A stretch of DNA of 64,000 bases from Gammaproteobacteria bacterium. GTDB taxonomy: Bacteria; Pseudomonadota; Gammaproteobacteria; Eutrophobiales; Eutrophobiaceae. The DNA lies in the NCBI GenBank assembly GCA_965243205.1, contig CBDEUK010000001.1, positions 224,001 to 288,000 of the forward strand, given 5' to 3'. Positions 30,288 through 41,307 of the stretch are shown here, in pieces (the first letter of the stretch is position 1; every line of letters starts with the position of its first letter). The translations under genes and the position numbers were made by a program. The notes under the pieces are model-generated. The model was given only the letters and a program-made list of their open reading frames with translations. It was not told the DNA's origin and did no database searches.

Positions 30288-31058
30288 TCACTGTGCAAAC
30301 ACATTCATCATTGATATGGATTTTTCTATCAAATGAATCATCTGAGGAACAAAACTATCTAAAGTAATCATAATCACTAAAATTCCCATGATGATCATGA
30401 TAGGAAAACCAACTGCAAATATATTTAATTGAGGTGCTGAACGCGTTAAAACACCGAAACCTATATTCACAATCAACATAGAAACTATGACTGGAAGTGC
30501 TATTAGAACAGCTGTTGCTAGAACAACACTTATCCAGTTTATAAAAATCCAAATACCTTCTTGTGATATGCCTCCGTTTCCTATAGGCATTAAATAAAAA
30601 GACTCTGCTAGATGGCGAATCATGAACAAATGACCATCTATCGCTAAAAATAATAATGTTGCTAATAACAAGTAAAACTGACCAATGATTGGTACTTGGT
30701 TACCATTAGTAGGATCAACCATAGAAGCTAACATCAAACCCATTAATTGACCGATCATTTGTCCTGCGACTTCTAGGGCAACAAAAATTACTCGTACGGT
30801 TAAACCCATCGCAATACCAATCACAACTTGTTCAATAGAGATAAACAATCCTTTAATAGATAAAGGATCCACATAGTTAAAACTAGGTACGACTGGGGCG
30901 ATAACTAAGGTTATGGCTATCGCAATAATTAATCGGATACGAACTGGAACTGAACGTGTACCAATAACAGGCGCAACCATTAATAAGCCTGCAATTCGAA
31001 AAAAAGGCCACATCCATTCCTGAACTAATAAAATTAATTGTGTGGAAGTGAATACCAT
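30288..31058 (-). CDS. fliR: Flagellar export protein FliR
   Basis: WPFFRI, APQLNIFAVGFP. Confidence 0.94.
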   Translation of the reverse strand: MVFTSTQLILLVQEWMWPFFRIAGLLMVAPVIGTRSVPVRIRLIIAIAITLVIAPVVPSFNYVDPLSIKGLFISIEQVVIGIAMGLTVRVIFVALEVAGQMIGQLMGLMLASMVDPTNGNQVPIIGQFYLLLATLLFLAIDGHLFMIRHLAESFYLMPIGNGGISQEGIWIFINWISVVLATAVLIALPVIVSMLIVNIGFGVLTRSAPQLNIFAVGFPIMIIMGILVIMITLDSFVPQMIHLIEKSISMMNVFAQ

Positions 31059-31068
31059 AATATTAAAA

Positions 31069-31338
31069 CTAACTAATCAATTCTGGTATTTGTTCAAATA
31101 ATCGAATCGTAAATTCCGTTATTAATGTCAATATCCATGGACCAGCTAAGATCAAAACAAATAATGTAATTAAAAGTTTTGGTATAAAACTAAGCGTCAT
31201 CTCATTAATTTGAGTAGCCGCTTGAAACATACTAACTAAAATACCGACAACCAGTGCAGGTATAAGAAGAACTAGTAAAATTAGAGTAAGATTCCAGAGG
31301 GCATTTTGACCAATTGTTATTATTAATTCTGGACTCAT
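31069..31338 (-). CDS. fliQ: Flagellar export protein FliQ
   Basis: FQAATQINEMTLSFIPK. Confidence 0.95.
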   Translation of the reverse strand: MSPELIITIGQNALWNLTLILLVLLIPALVVGILVSMFQAATQINEMTLSFIPKLLITLFVLILAGPWILTLITEFTIRLFEQIPELIS

Positions 31339-31349
31339 AATATTATTCT

Positions 31350-32087
31350 TTACGTGAAGTAAAAACTGGTCGCTAAAGTTCCCATGATCAGAGCCCAGCC
31401 ATCAACAAGAACAAACAACATTAATTTAAAAGGAAATGAAATAATCAAAGGTGATAGCATCATCATACCCATCGACATTAAAACACTTGCAACAACTAGA
31501 TCGATAATGAGAAAAGGGATAAAAATTAAAAAACCAATTTGAAAGGCAGTTTTTAGTTCACTAGTAACAAAAGCTGGAACTAATAAAGAAAAAGGTACTT
31601 CATCTTTAGAAGCAAATGTTTGTCCTCCTGAAATTTCTGAAAACAAACCAATATCTGTTTCTCTTGTTTGTGCGAACATGAATTCACGCATAGGAATAGC
31701 TGCTTTTGATACTGCATCTTGGAAACTAATACTTTCGTCTAAATAAGGTTTTGCCGAATTTTGATAAACCTGATCAAATACTGGCGTCATGACAAAAAAC
31801 GTTAGAAATAAAGCCAACCCTACTAATACTTGGCTACTAGGAGTCTGGGCCGTACCCAGAGCTTGCCGCAATATTGCTAATACAATTATGATCCGAGTAA
31901 ATGATGTCATCATTAATAACCCAGCTGGCAATAATGTCAGCGCAGTCATTAATAATAATATTTGAATACTTAATGAATAGGTTTGTACACCTTCCGTATT
32001 TTCTGCCACTGATAGTATTTGCATATTTGGCTCAGCAAACACAACCAAGGGGAAAAATATTAAGCTGCATATAAAGAATTTTTTCAT
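31350..32087 (-). CDS. fliP: Flagellar export protein FliP
   Basis: [28 protein letters not shown]. Confidence 0.96.
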   Translation of the reverse strand: MKKFFICSLIFFPLVVFAEPNMQILSVAENTEGVQTYSLSIQILLLMTALTLLPAGLLMMTSFTRIIIVLAILRQALGTAQTPSSQVLVGLALFLTFFVMTPVFDQVYQNSAKPYLDESISFQDAVSKAAIPMREFMFAQTRETDIGLFSEISGGQTFASKDEVPFSLLVPAFVTSELKTAFQIGFLIFIPFLIIDLVVASVLMSMGMMMLSPLIISFPFKLMLFVLVDGWALIMGTLATSFYFT

Positions 32088-32090
32088 CTA

Positions 32091-32564
32091 TTAATTCCTC
32101 AATGCCTGCATTTTTTCAGCGATCATTTTAGAAAACGTTTCTTTTAAATTATTTTTTTCAGCTTCGTTATCAATCACTATAGATTCTTCCATTACATATA
32201 ATGTATTAATCGCCTGACCATTCACTCCGACAACAATTTGTTTTGTTCCTACATCAACAAGAAGTATTTTTTCATTAGAACTCAGATATAAGGTATCTAA
32301 TATCTTTATCACTCCTTGATGGCGTCCTTGTATGGAAGGAATTTTTTTTAATAAATAAACTAATAAAAAAAACAAACCCAATACGAACATTAACCCTAGC
32401 GTAACAACTAATACATTTGATGTGTCTATAGGCTTTGCTAAATCATTTACTGTCGTATCAGCAACAACAAAAACAGGTACAAAACTTATAAATATAGATA
32501 TGTAAAATTTTGTTATTCGATATAAACGATTCTTATTGTAAGTTTTTAACACGTTCATGAGCAC
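32091..32564 (-). CDS. fliO: Flagellar protein FliO
   Basis: TM plus EKILLVDVG..IVVGV; lies between fliN and fliP. Confidence 0.8.
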   Translation of the reverse strand: MLMNVLKTYNKNRLYRITKFYISIFISFVPVFVVADTTVNDLAKPIDTSNVLVVTLGLMFVLGLFFLLVYLLKKIPSIQGRHQGVIKILDTLYLSSNEKILLVDVGTKQIVVGVNGQAINTLYVMEESIVIDNEAEKNNLKETFSKMIAEKMQALRN

Positions 32565-32949
32565 TTATTACATCGGTTAAACGAATTCCATATTTCTCAT
32601 TCACAACGACAATCTCTCCATGTGCTACTAAAGTATTATTCACCATAACATCCAAAGGTTCGCCAGCCAGTCTATCTAACTCAACAACGGATCCTTGATT
32701 TAATTGTAAAAGATTGCGAATGTTTATACTGGTACTTCCAATCCTCACTGATAATGAAACTGGTATATCTAATATCGCTTCTAATTTAACATTGTCTTCA
32801 GTATTAGTTTCTTCAGCAATTAACGTTTCCATTTGAGCTTGTTGAACATCAGCACCGCTTTCTTCTCCTGCTTCAGCATCAGCCTGCTCTTGCATTGCTG
32901 CAGCCCAATCATCACCAGCTGCTTCTTCGGCGTTTGTATCATCGCTCAT
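32533..32949 (-). CDS. fliN: Switch protein FliN
   Basis: ILDIPV, GSVVELDRLAGEPLD, GEIVVVNEKYGIRL. Confidence 0.95.
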   Translation of the reverse strand: MSDDTNAEEAAGDDWAAAMQEQADAEAGEESGADVQQAQMETLIAEETNTEDNVKLEAILDIPVSLSVRIGSTSINIRNLLQLNQGSVVELDRLAGEPLDVMVNNTLVAHGEIVVVNEKYGIRLTDVISAHERVKNLQ

Positions 32950-33959
32950 GGGTTTTCCTCTTCTACTATTGTTAATTCTTTTGAAACCGTGTCATGTCTA
33001 ATCATCTCAATCACTTTTAAAGCTTGATTACCACGTGAGACACCATACTTGGCACGAAAAACAGGTATATCTTCAACTGTTGCTGTCACAAAATCAGGCT
33101 TATCAATTGGAATAACATCTCCAGGCTTCATATTTTTTATTTCATTTAATGTCATATCGACACTGGTTAAATTACTGCTTATTTCCAATGGCGCTTGTTC
33201 AATTTCGTCACGTAATGAATTTATCCATCGTTCGTCTGTCTCTGTCGAATCACTTTGTAACCCCGCATCTAATAAATCTTTTATGGGCTCTATCATCGAA
33301 TAAGGGAGTGTTAAATGTAATTCTCCACCCCCATTATCAAGTTCAACATTAATTGTTGAGATAACAACAACTTCGCTCGGACTGACTATATTTGCAAAAT
33401 GCGGATTAACTTCTGAACTAGAATGTTCAAAATCGAGATTGATAACGGGATCCCAAGCTTTTTTGTAATCTTTAAAGATGAGTTCAAGCACATTACCCAC
33501 AACTTGCATCTCAGTTGCAGTAAAATCACGACCTTCAATCTTCGTATGAAAACGTCCATCACCACCAAAAAAATTATCTACTAACGAATAAACTAATTTG
33601 GGATTAAGGACGATAAGGCCAGTACCTCTTAAAGGCCTAACCTTTATAAGATTCAAATTTGAAGGCATAAATAAACTGTGAATGTATTCCCCAAATTTAT
33701 TGGTCTGAATACCTTCAACAGTAATTGATGGAGAGCGTCTTAAAAAATTAAACAAGCTAATTCGGAAATTTCTTGCAAATCTTTCATTGACCATTTCCAA
33801 GGTCGGCATTCTGCCGCGAACAATTCTATCCTGACTGGTGAAATCATAATTTTTTAATTCACCATTATCTTCTTCCTCAGCATCAGTCTCTACATCACCA
33901 CTATCAACTCCAGTTAATAATGCATCAATTTCATCTTGTGAGAGAATATCTGTTGACAT
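32946..33959 (-). CDS. fliM: Switch protein FliM
   Basis: LSQDEIDALL, DRIVRGRMPTLE. Confidence 0.96.
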   Translation of the reverse strand: MSTDILSQDEIDALLTGVDSGDVETDAEEEDNGELKNYDFTSQDRIVRGRMPTLEMVNERFARNFRISLFNFLRRSPSITVEGIQTNKFGEYIHSLFMPSNLNLIKVRPLRGTGLIVLNPKLVYSLVDNFFGGDGRFHTKIEGRDFTATEMQVVGNVLELIFKDYKKAWDPVINLDFEHSSSEVNPHFANIVSPSEVVVISTINVELDNGGGELHLTLPYSMIEPIKDLLDAGLQSDSTETDERWINSLRDEIEQAPLEISSNLTSVDMTLNEIKNMKPGDVIPIDKPDFVTATVEDIPVFRAKYGVSRGNQALKVIEMIRHDTVSKELTIVEEENP

Positions 33960-33979
33960 CTTACTACTCTCTATTGAAT

Positions 33980-34504
33980 CTATTGCATAACAAAACTAGT
34001 AAAGAAAATATTTTCAACGCCTTCTTTACCAGTTTCAGCTTTCATTACTTTCTGTATCTCAGTTAATATTTCATTTCTGGCAGTTTCCTTACCTTCAGGT
34101 GTAATTAAATCATCATAGGTTTTACTGCTAAGTAGCAAGACAATATTATTTCTGATTTGTGGTAAATGCTTTGTAACTTCAAGTTTTACGGCTTCTTCTC
34201 TTGTAATACCATCGATATTCACCTGTAAAAATCTGACTCGACTCTTACCTTGAAAATTAACAACAAAAGCAGGATCTAATGAAAAATAATATGCATCATT
34301 AGCTGCTGCTGTTTCTTCTTCTGTTGCACCTTCTTCAGTTTCAGTTTTCGCTTCAGCATCGGAACTTGAGCTTCCTAAAAGAAAAAATGCAGCGCCGCCT
34401 CCTATACTAAGACAAGCAACTAGCGCTATTATGATCAGCATTACTGGGCTTTTCTTTTTTTCTTCTTCAGTGGCGTTTTCTTCAGCCATTATTAACATCT
34501 CCAA
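33980..34504 (-). CDS. fliL: Basal body protein FliL
   Basis: N-terminal TM; FVVNF, HLPQIRN, FFTSFVMQ. Confidence 0.92.
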   Translation of the reverse strand: MEMLIMAEENATEEEKKKSPVMLIIIALVACLSIGGGAAFFLLGSSSSDAEAKTETEEGATEEETAAANDAYYFSLDPAFVVNFQGKSRVRFLQVNIDGITREEAVKLEVTKHLPQIRNNIVLLLSSKTYDDLITPEGKETARNEILTEIQKVMKAETGKEGVENIFFTSFVMQ

Positions 34505-34529
34505 TAATAATTAACGATATTGAAGACTT

Positions 34530-34545
34530 AGCAAGCGGTATGCCA
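34530..34545 (-). promoter_or_regulatory. Sigma54 promoter of the fliL operon
   Basis: TGGCATACCGCTTGCT. Confidence 0.8.
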
Positions 34546-34598
34546 CGAAACTTTTCCCTTTTTAGATAAGGACTTAAGTGAATATCCATGAATCTCGT

Positions 34599-34612
34599 GT
34601 CAATGAATTGAC
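34599..34612. promoter_or_regulatory. FleQ-type enhancer box
   Basis: GTCAATGAATTGAC matches the Pseudomonas FleQ box GTCA-N6-TGAC; about 55 bp upstream of the fliL promoter. Confidence 0.65.
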
Positions 34613-34797
34613 AAAGTTAATTTCGCGTCAACAACACACGCGCTTTGAAATGATTAAAAACTAAACAATGCTAAATAATTAACTAAAATATTGATGATTC
34701 TTTGACTATTCTTAACTTAGATCAATGATAGAATTATTTATAAACTCTAATATATTAGCTTATAAATTTGATGTCTTAATAAAACGGAGAAAAAGCA

Positions 34798-36084
34798 GTG
34801 ATAACCCAACCAAGTAACGGTTCTAAAGTTCAAATCGAAAATGGAAAATTAATTGTACCTGATAACCCTATTATTCCTTTCATCGAAGGTGATGGCATTG
34901 GTCCTGATGTTTGGAAAGCATCTCAACGTATTATTGACGCCGCAATTGAATCTTCGTATGGCAGTTCACGCAAAATTCATTGGATGGAAATTTATGCGGG
35001 TGAAAAAGCTAACCAGACATTTGGTAAGTGGCTACCCGACGAAACCTTAGATGCCTGCAGAGAATATCTTGTAGCAATAAAAGGCCCATTAACCACACCT
35101 ATCGGCGGTGGAATTCGTTCTTTAAATGTGGCATTAAGACAAATTTTAGATTTATATGTATGCCTAAGACCTGTACGTTGGTTTGAAGGTGTGCCATCCC
35201 CTATTCGAAAGCCTGAACTTGTCGACATGGTTATTTTTCGTGAAAACACTGAAGACATATATGCCGGTATTGAGTTTGAAGCAGGCACAGAAGATAACCA
35301 ACGTTTATTAGAAGTCTTAGAAGAAAGTTTTCCGAGCTCTTACCAAAAAATTCGTTTCCCAAATACATCTGGCCTTGGCATTAAACCGATATCTCGTGAA
35401 GGAACGGAACGCTTGGTTCGTTCAGCAATTGAATATACGATTGATAATAATCGTAAGAGTCTAACCATTGTTCATAAAGGCAACATTATGAAGTACACGG
35501 AAGGCGCTTTTAGAAACTGGGGTTATCAATTAGCTGAAACAGAATATAAAGACCATTGCTACACTTGGGAACAATGGCAGCGTACAGCAGCTGAAAAAGG
35601 ACAAGACGTTGCGAATCAAGAACAAGAAGATGCATTAAATAGTGGAAAAATACTCGTTAAAGATGCGATTGCGGATATTACTTTACAACAAGTATTAACC
35701 AGGCCTGAAGACTTCGACGTCATAGCAACGATGAATTTAAACGGCGATTATTTATCTGACGCATTAGCTGCTCAAGTTGGCGGGATTGGTATTGCTCCTG
35801 GCGGCAATATCAACTACGACACTGGTCATGCCATATTTGAAGCAACACATGGTACTGCACCTAAGTATGCAAACTTAGATAAAGTAAATCCTGGTTCACT
35901 ACTTTTATCTGGTGAGATGATGCTTCGCTATCTTGGTTGGACGGAAGCAGCTGATAAAATAATTAATAGTATGGATAAAACTATTGCTGATAAAACCGTG
36001 ACGTATGATTTTGCCCGATTAATGGATGGAGCAACTGAAGTAAAATGCAGTGAATTTGCTGATGCTTTAATAAGAAATTTATAA
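34798..36084 (+). CDS. icd: NADP-dependent isocitrate dehydrogenase
   Basis: [44 protein letters not shown]. Confidence 0.97.
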   Translation: MITQPSNGSKVQIENGKLIVPDNPIIPFIEGDGIGPDVWKASQRIIDAAIESSYGSSRKIHWMEIYAGEKANQTFGKWLPDETLDACREYLVAIKGPLTTPIGGGIRSLNVALRQILDLYVCLRPVRWFEGVPSPIRKPELVDMVIFRENTEDIYAGIEFEAGTEDNQRLLEVLEESFPSSYQKIRFPNTSGLGIKPISREGTERLVRSAIEYTIDNNRKSLTIVHKGNIMKYTEGAFRNWGYQLAETEYKDHCYTWEQWQRTAAEKGQDVANQEQEDALNSGKILVKDAIADITLQQVLTRPEDFDVIATMNLNGDYLSDALAAQVGGIGIAPGGNINYDTGHAIFEATHGTAPKYANLDKVNPGSLLLSGEMMLRYLGWTEAADKIINSMDKTIADKTVTYDFARLMDGATEVKCSEFADALIRNL

Positions 36085-36096
36085 CCTTACTCTCTA

Positions 36097-37851
36097 ATGA
36101 GTCTTAATCCTAATAAGGAACTCATCGCTGAATGTTCGCAACTTATTTATGATGGGTTTATTCGTTATAACCAAGCGTTTTATCGGATCTCACGTCGTGC
36201 AAGAACTCGCTTTGAACAACGTGATTGGCAAGGACACCAAGAAGATATTGTTGCTAGAATAGATTTATACGAAAAATCTGTAAGACGTATTGTATTAGCT
36301 TTACGACGCACACTAGAAGATAAAATACATGATCAAGAGATCTGGTCTGACATCTTGCAATATTTTGGTGACCGTCTTAACCAAGTTCCTGATGCTGATT
36401 TTATAAAAACATTCTTTAATTCTGTCACCCGTCGAATTTTCGGTACTTTAGGTACGAATATAAATTTAGAATTTATATCTACGGGTCTTTCATCCGATAA
36501 AGCAGCCCTACATTCTTTAAGTATGAGACGTTACCCTTATTGGGATTCCATAGAGAAAATCTTTCAAACCATTTTAGAAGATTTTTCATTTCGTGTGCCT
36601 TATGACAATTTAAAAGGTAATGCAAAACGTATAGAGATGGATATTCATTACTATGTGAAGCAACATTTTAATACGGATGTCGATTATTTACGGTTTGAAT
36701 TTATAGATTCCTTTTTTTATCAAGCAGCACGCGCTTATCTTGTCGGCAGAATCATTTTTGATAAAGGTGTATTGCCCATTGTTATTGCTTTTAAAAATGA
36801 AGATGAAGGGATTACTACCGATGCCGTTTTAATGTCTGAACGTGAGATCAGTATCGTATTTGGTTATACACGTTCTTATTATTTTACTGATCCAAATTCG
36901 GTAATAGGAACCGTACATTTTTTACATTCTATTTTACCCAATAAACCAATCGATGAACTTTATACGGTACTCGGTAGGCTGCGCCAAGGTAAAACTGAAC
37001 GTCATAGAATTTTCTCTGAACATCTAAATAATACAACCGATCAGTTTGTACATGCCGATGGTGATCGAGGATTGGTCATGATCGTATTTACTTTACCTTC
37101 TTATGACTTAGTGTTTAAAATTATTCGCGATAAATTTGGTTACCCAAAAAATGTTACACGCGAAGAAGTTATCGAAAAATACAAATTAGTTTCCAAACAT
37201 GACCGCGCTGGTCGTTTAATCGATACTCAAGAATTTTTGAACATCACTTTTCCTATTAATCGATTTTCTGATGAATTATTAGATGAATTATTTTCTGAAG
37301 CTGGAGATTCCGTTATTCAAGAAGATGATAATCTTTTAATACGTCATGTCTATGTTGAACGTAGAGTACGACCACTCAATATTTATATTAATGAAGTATC
37401 AAAAGAAGATGCAAGACTTGCTATATTGGATTATGGTCAAGCGCTAAAAGATTTAGCAAATACAAATATTTTTCCAGGCGATTTATTATTGAAAAACTTT
37501 GGCGTCACACATCATAACCGTGTTGTATTTTATGATTATGATGAAGTTGCGCTAGTGACTGAATGTAACTTTCGAGATATACCTGAAAGTAATGACATAA
37601 TTGATGATATGCGAGATGACACTTGGTATTTCGTTAATAACAACGATATCTTCCCTGAAGAATTCGTTAAGTTTTTATCTATGGATAGTGAATTACGTTC
37701 TTTATTTATTTTATTCCATGGAGATATCTTAACTGCTGATTATTGGCGAAAGATAAAACGTCAACATGAAACCGGCGAAGTTCAATTGGTTGTACCATAT
37801 CACCGCCCAGTACTACCGACTGATTCTTTTCCACAAAGACAAAAAGTTTAA
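36097..37851 (+). CDS. aceK: Isocitrate dehydrogenase kinase/phosphatase
   Basis: TFFNSVTRRIF, GLVMIVFTLP, HDRAGRL.DTQEF, NIFPGDLLLKNFG, VFYDYDE. Confidence 0.95.
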   Translation: MSLNPNKELIAECSQLIYDGFIRYNQAFYRISRRARTRFEQRDWQGHQEDIVARIDLYEKSVRRIVLALRRTLEDKIHDQEIWSDILQYFGDRLNQVPDADFIKTFFNSVTRRIFGTLGTNINLEFISTGLSSDKAALHSLSMRRYPYWDSIEKIFQTILEDFSFRVPYDNLKGNAKRIEMDIHYYVKQHFNTDVDYLRFEFIDSFFYQAARAYLVGRIIFDKGVLPIVIAFKNEDEGITTDAVLMSEREISIVFGYTRSYYFTDPNSVIGTVHFLHSILPNKPIDELYTVLGRLRQGKTERHRIFSEHLNNTTDQFVHADGDRGLVMIVFTLPSYDLVFKIIRDKFGYPKNVTREEVIEKYKLVSKHDRAGRLIDTQEFLNITFPINRFSDELLDELFSEAGDSVIQEDDNLLIRHVYVERRVRPLNIYINEVSKEDARLAILDYGQALKDLANTNIFPGDLLLKNFGVTHHNRVVFYDYDEVALVTECNFRDIPESNDIIDDMRDDTWYFVNNNDIFPEEFVKFLSMDSELRSLFILFHGDILTADYWRKIKRQHETGEVQLVVPYHRPVLPTDSFPQRQKV

Positions 37852-39629
37852 TCAGGAATAATGCGTTTTTTTACATAACTTCCAGGGGCATTTTCAATCA
37901 CGCCTAATTTCTTTCCTGGTTTTCTTGCTGTTACTTTTTTACCAGATTGTTTACTTATCCATTCCACCCAATCTGTCCACCAAGAACCTTCATATTGCTT
38001 TGCAGAATCAATCCATGCATCAGGTTCAAGATCAATATTTTCGTTCGTCATATAATAATATTTATTTTTATGAGGTGGATTAATCACACCTGCAATATGG
38101 CCAGAACCACCTAATACAAAACGAATATCCGAGGATAATAGTTTTGCACCATAGAAAATAGATTTCCAAGGAGTAATATGATCTTCAATCGTTGAAACAA
38201 AATAACTAGGCGTTTTAATTTTTCTTACATCAATATCTACACCAGCTAAAGTTACTCCATCAGGATCTTTCAAACTATTTTCTAAATAACAGGTCCTTAA
38301 ATAAAAACTATGATTAGGGCCCGGTAAGCGTGTGGAGTCTGAATTCCAATACAATAAATCAAATGCGGTAGGTTCTTCACCTAATAAATAATTATTAATA
38401 TAAAACGGCCATATCAGATCATTAGCACGTAACATATTAAACACAGATGCCATTGTCGTCCCATCAAGATAGCCATTTTCTTGCATCTCGCTTTCTAAAG
38501 AAGCAAGTTGGCTTTCATCAACAAATAATCCAAGATCTCCAGGCTCTGAAAAATCAATTAATGTCGTAAAGAAAGTACAAGTATTAATCTTCTTCATACG
38601 TTTGGATGTTAACCAAGCATTGGTTGTTGCTAACATTGTTCCGCCTATGCAATAACCAATAGTATTAACAGTAGGAGCGCCTGTTTCAGCTTTCACTTGA
38701 TCCAGTGCCTCAATCACACCATCAATCATATAATCTTCAAAAGTTTTATTAGCTTCTGCTTTTTCTGGATTTATCCAAGACATCACAAAAACCGTATGGC
38801 CTTGATCGACCGCGTACTTAATAAAACTATTTTCTTCTCTTAAATCCAAGATATAAAATTTATTAATCCAAGGTGGCACAATTAACAATGGTATTTCATA
38901 TACTTTCTTTGTACTCGGTGTATATTGAATTAATTGAAAGATATCATTTTCAAAAATTACACTACCTTCGGTCGTCGCAACATTTTTACCAATTTCAAAT
39001 GCAGAAAAATCTGTCATTTTGGTTAATAACTTTTCGCCTTTACCACGTTCCAAATCATTTAACATTGCTTTGAAACCATTCAATAAATTATCGCCGTTAC
39101 TTTCCAAAGTCTTACGAATCACTTGAGGGTTCGTCATGGCATAGTTTGTTGGAGATAATGCATCGACCCATTGCTTAGCAGCGAACTGTAATTTATTCGC
39201 AGTGGCTTCATCCATACCATCGGTAACCGCGAAATGTGAAAGAATGCATCTTGAAGCAAGCAAGTAATATTGCTTGATGAAATCAAAAACAGGATTGTTA
39301 TTCCAGTCTTCATCTTTGAACCGACGATCACTTTTATCTACATCAATGATCGGCTCAGAAGTAGCCCCATAAAACGCATTAAACGAATTACTCAATAACT
39401 TTGTATAGTCTGACCAGAACTCTTGTTGAATAGAAAACAAAGCTTCGGGTTGCGAGATCCAACTTTTCCATAACTCAGTAATGTCATCGTTCATAGCTTG
39501 ATTATTCATCTTCTGAAAAGCCGTTAACTGTGAATCGACGTACTTGTTCGCCATAGAAGTGACTTTCTCACCAATTTCCAGAAATGCTTCACTGGAAAAC
39601 CCATTCAAATCCTCTTTTTCATCAAACAT
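37848..39629 (-). CDS. phaC: Class I polyhydroxyalkanoate synthase
   Basis: PPWINKFYILDL, GYCIGG lipase box, FDLLYWNSD, EDHI.PW, SGHIAG, GSWW. Confidence 0.95.
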   Translation of the reverse strand: MFDEKEDLNGFSSEAFLEIGEKVTSMANKYVDSQLTAFQKMNNQAMNDDITELWKSWISQPEALFSIQQEFWSDYTKLLSNSFNAFYGATSEPIIDVDKSDRRFKDEDWNNNPVFDFIKQYYLLASRCILSHFAVTDGMDEATANKLQFAAKQWVDALSPTNYAMTNPQVIRKTLESNGDNLLNGFKAMLNDLERGKGEKLLTKMTDFSAFEIGKNVATTEGSVIFENDIFQLIQYTPSTKKVYEIPLLIVPPWINKFYILDLREENSFIKYAVDQGHTVFVMSWINPEKAEANKTFEDYMIDGVIEALDQVKAETGAPTVNTIGYCIGGTMLATTNAWLTSKRMKKINTCTFFTTLIDFSEPGDLGLFVDESQLASLESEMQENGYLDGTTMASVFNMLRANDLIWPFYINNYLLGEEPTAFDLLYWNSDSTRLPGPNHSFYLRTCYLENSLKDPDGVTLAGVDIDVRKIKTPSYFVSTIEDHITPWKSIFYGAKLLSSDIRFVLGGSGHIAGVINPPHKNKYYYMTNENIDLEPDAWIDSAKQYEGSWWTDWVEWISKQSGKKVTARKPGKKLGVIENAPGSYVKKRIIPD

Positions 39630-39699
39630 TATGGAGCTCCAAAACCGTGTTGATTGTTATTAGCCGCATATACTTTCATTACTTTAATGTACATATAAA

Positions 39700-39714
39700 T
39701 TGTGCATTGCACAA
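39700..39714. promoter_or_regulatory. Putative PhaR operator upstream of phaC
   Basis: Perfect palindrome TTGTGCA-T-TGCACAA containing TGC-N3-GCA. Confidence 0.55.
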
Positions 39715-39794
39715 CTTTGATTTAGTCTTTTATTCTTTTTCTCATGAAAACAGTTAGTTAGTCAAAACATGCTAGCTCATATAGACTAACCATA

Positions 39795-41294
39795 TTGAAC
39801 ATCGAACGGGGAAAGTTAGGTATGAGTAATTTTTTAATTGGGGGAAATGGTGAAACCAAAGTTGAATTGATTTCCGCAATGGCTAATCGCCATGGCATGA
39901 TTGCTGGTGCAACCGGAACTGGTAAAACGGTTACTTTACAGATATTTGCAGAATCGTTTTCTAAAATTGGCGTGCCTACCTTCATGGCTGATGTTAAAGG
40001 CGACCTCTCTGGTATTGCTAAGCCTGGCAAAGCTCACCCTAAAATAGATGAACGGGTCAACACCATCGGTATTGAGAACTACTCATTTAACGGCAACCCT
40101 GTTGTGTTCTGGGATATGTTTACCAAACAAGGCCATCCTGTTCGTACCACTATTTCGGAAATGGGGCCGTTATTGCTATCTAGTTTGTTCGATCTCAATG
40201 AAACACAAACTGGTGTTTTATACAGTGCATTCAGTATTGCCGATGACAATGGTATGTTGTTATTAGATCTAAAAGACTTACGCTCCATGTTGAACTGGAT
40301 GGGTGAAAATCGCAAAGAGTTGTCAACCGAATACGGCAATATTTCTACTGCAAGCATTGGTGCTATTCAAAGACGACTATTAGTATTAGAAGAGCAAGGC
40401 GGTGAAAATTTCTTTGCTGAACCTGCGATTAAAATTGATGACTTAATGATGACCGACTTATCAGGTCGTGGCATTGTGAACATCATGGATGTAACAAAAC
40501 TCATTAATGAATCTCCTAAACTATATGCAACATTTTTATTATGGCTTTTATCTGAATTATTCGAACAACTTCCAGAGGTCGGTGATGCTGATAAACCTAA
40601 ATTAGTATTATTTTTTGACGAAGCACATCTATTATTCGATCAAGCACCAAAGGCATTATTAGAAAAGATAGAACAAGTTGTACGTTTAATTCGCTCTAAA
40701 GGCGTAGGTGTTTTCTTTATTAGCCAAAGTCCTATGGATGTTCCAATGGATATTCTTGGCCAACTAGGCGCACGTGTACAACATGCCCTAAGAGCCTTTA
40801 CGCCTAGAGATAAAAAAGCCATTAAGATCGTAGCTGAAACTTTTAGACAAAATCCAAATATCGATACCCAAGAAGTTATTACTCAATTGGGTTTAGGTGA
40901 AGCGTTAGTTTCTATCTTAGATGAAGAAGGAGCTCCAACCCAAGTAGAACAAATTTTAATTCGTCCTCCAGAATCACAGATCGGTCCATTAACAGCGGAA
41001 GAACGCAAAGAAATCATGGAACGCTCCCCATTTAAAGGACGATACGATGAAATGGTTGATCGTGAATCAGCCTTTGAAATGTTAAAGCAACGAACGGAAG
41101 AATTAGAAAAACAAAAGGCTGCGGAAGAAGAACGCATTAAACAAGAAAAAGACGAAGCAAAAGCTAAGAAAAAATCTTCTGGCCGCAAACGCCAAGGCAT
41201 TGGTGAGACATTATTAAAAAGTGTTGCCAGAACCGTTGGTACTCAAGTCGGTAGAAAAATCGTACGAGGAATTTTAGGTTCTTTATTAAAATAA
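39795..41294 (+). CDS. DUF853 / YjgR-like HerA-family P-loop ATPase (likely start ATG 39822)
   Basis: ANRHGMIAGATGTGKT, FFDEAHLLF, RLIRSKGVG, QHALRAFTP. Confidence 0.9.
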   Translation: MNIERGKLGMSNFLIGGNGETKVELISAMANRHGMIAGATGTGKTVTLQIFAESFSKIGVPTFMADVKGDLSGIAKPGKAHPKIDERVNTIGIENYSFNGNPVVFWDMFTKQGHPVRTTISEMGPLLLSSLFDLNETQTGVLYSAFSIADDNGMLLLDLKDLRSMLNWMGENRKELSTEYGNISTASIGAIQRRLLVLEEQGGENFFAEPAIKIDDLMMTDLSGRGIVNIMDVTKLINESPKLYATFLLWLLSELFEQLPEVGDADKPKLVLFFDEAHLLFDQAPKALLEKIEQVVRLIRSKGVGVFFISQSPMDVPMDILGQLGARVQHALRAFTPRDKKAIKIVAETFRQNPNIDTQEVITQLGLGEALVSILDEEGAPTQVEQILIRPPESQIGPLTAEERKEIMERSPFKGRYDEMVDRESAFEMLKQRTEELEKQKAAEEERIKQEKDEAKAKKKSSGRKRQGIGETLLKSVARTVGTQVGRKIVRGILGSLLK

Positions 41295-41307
41295 TATTTT
41301 TTATCTA

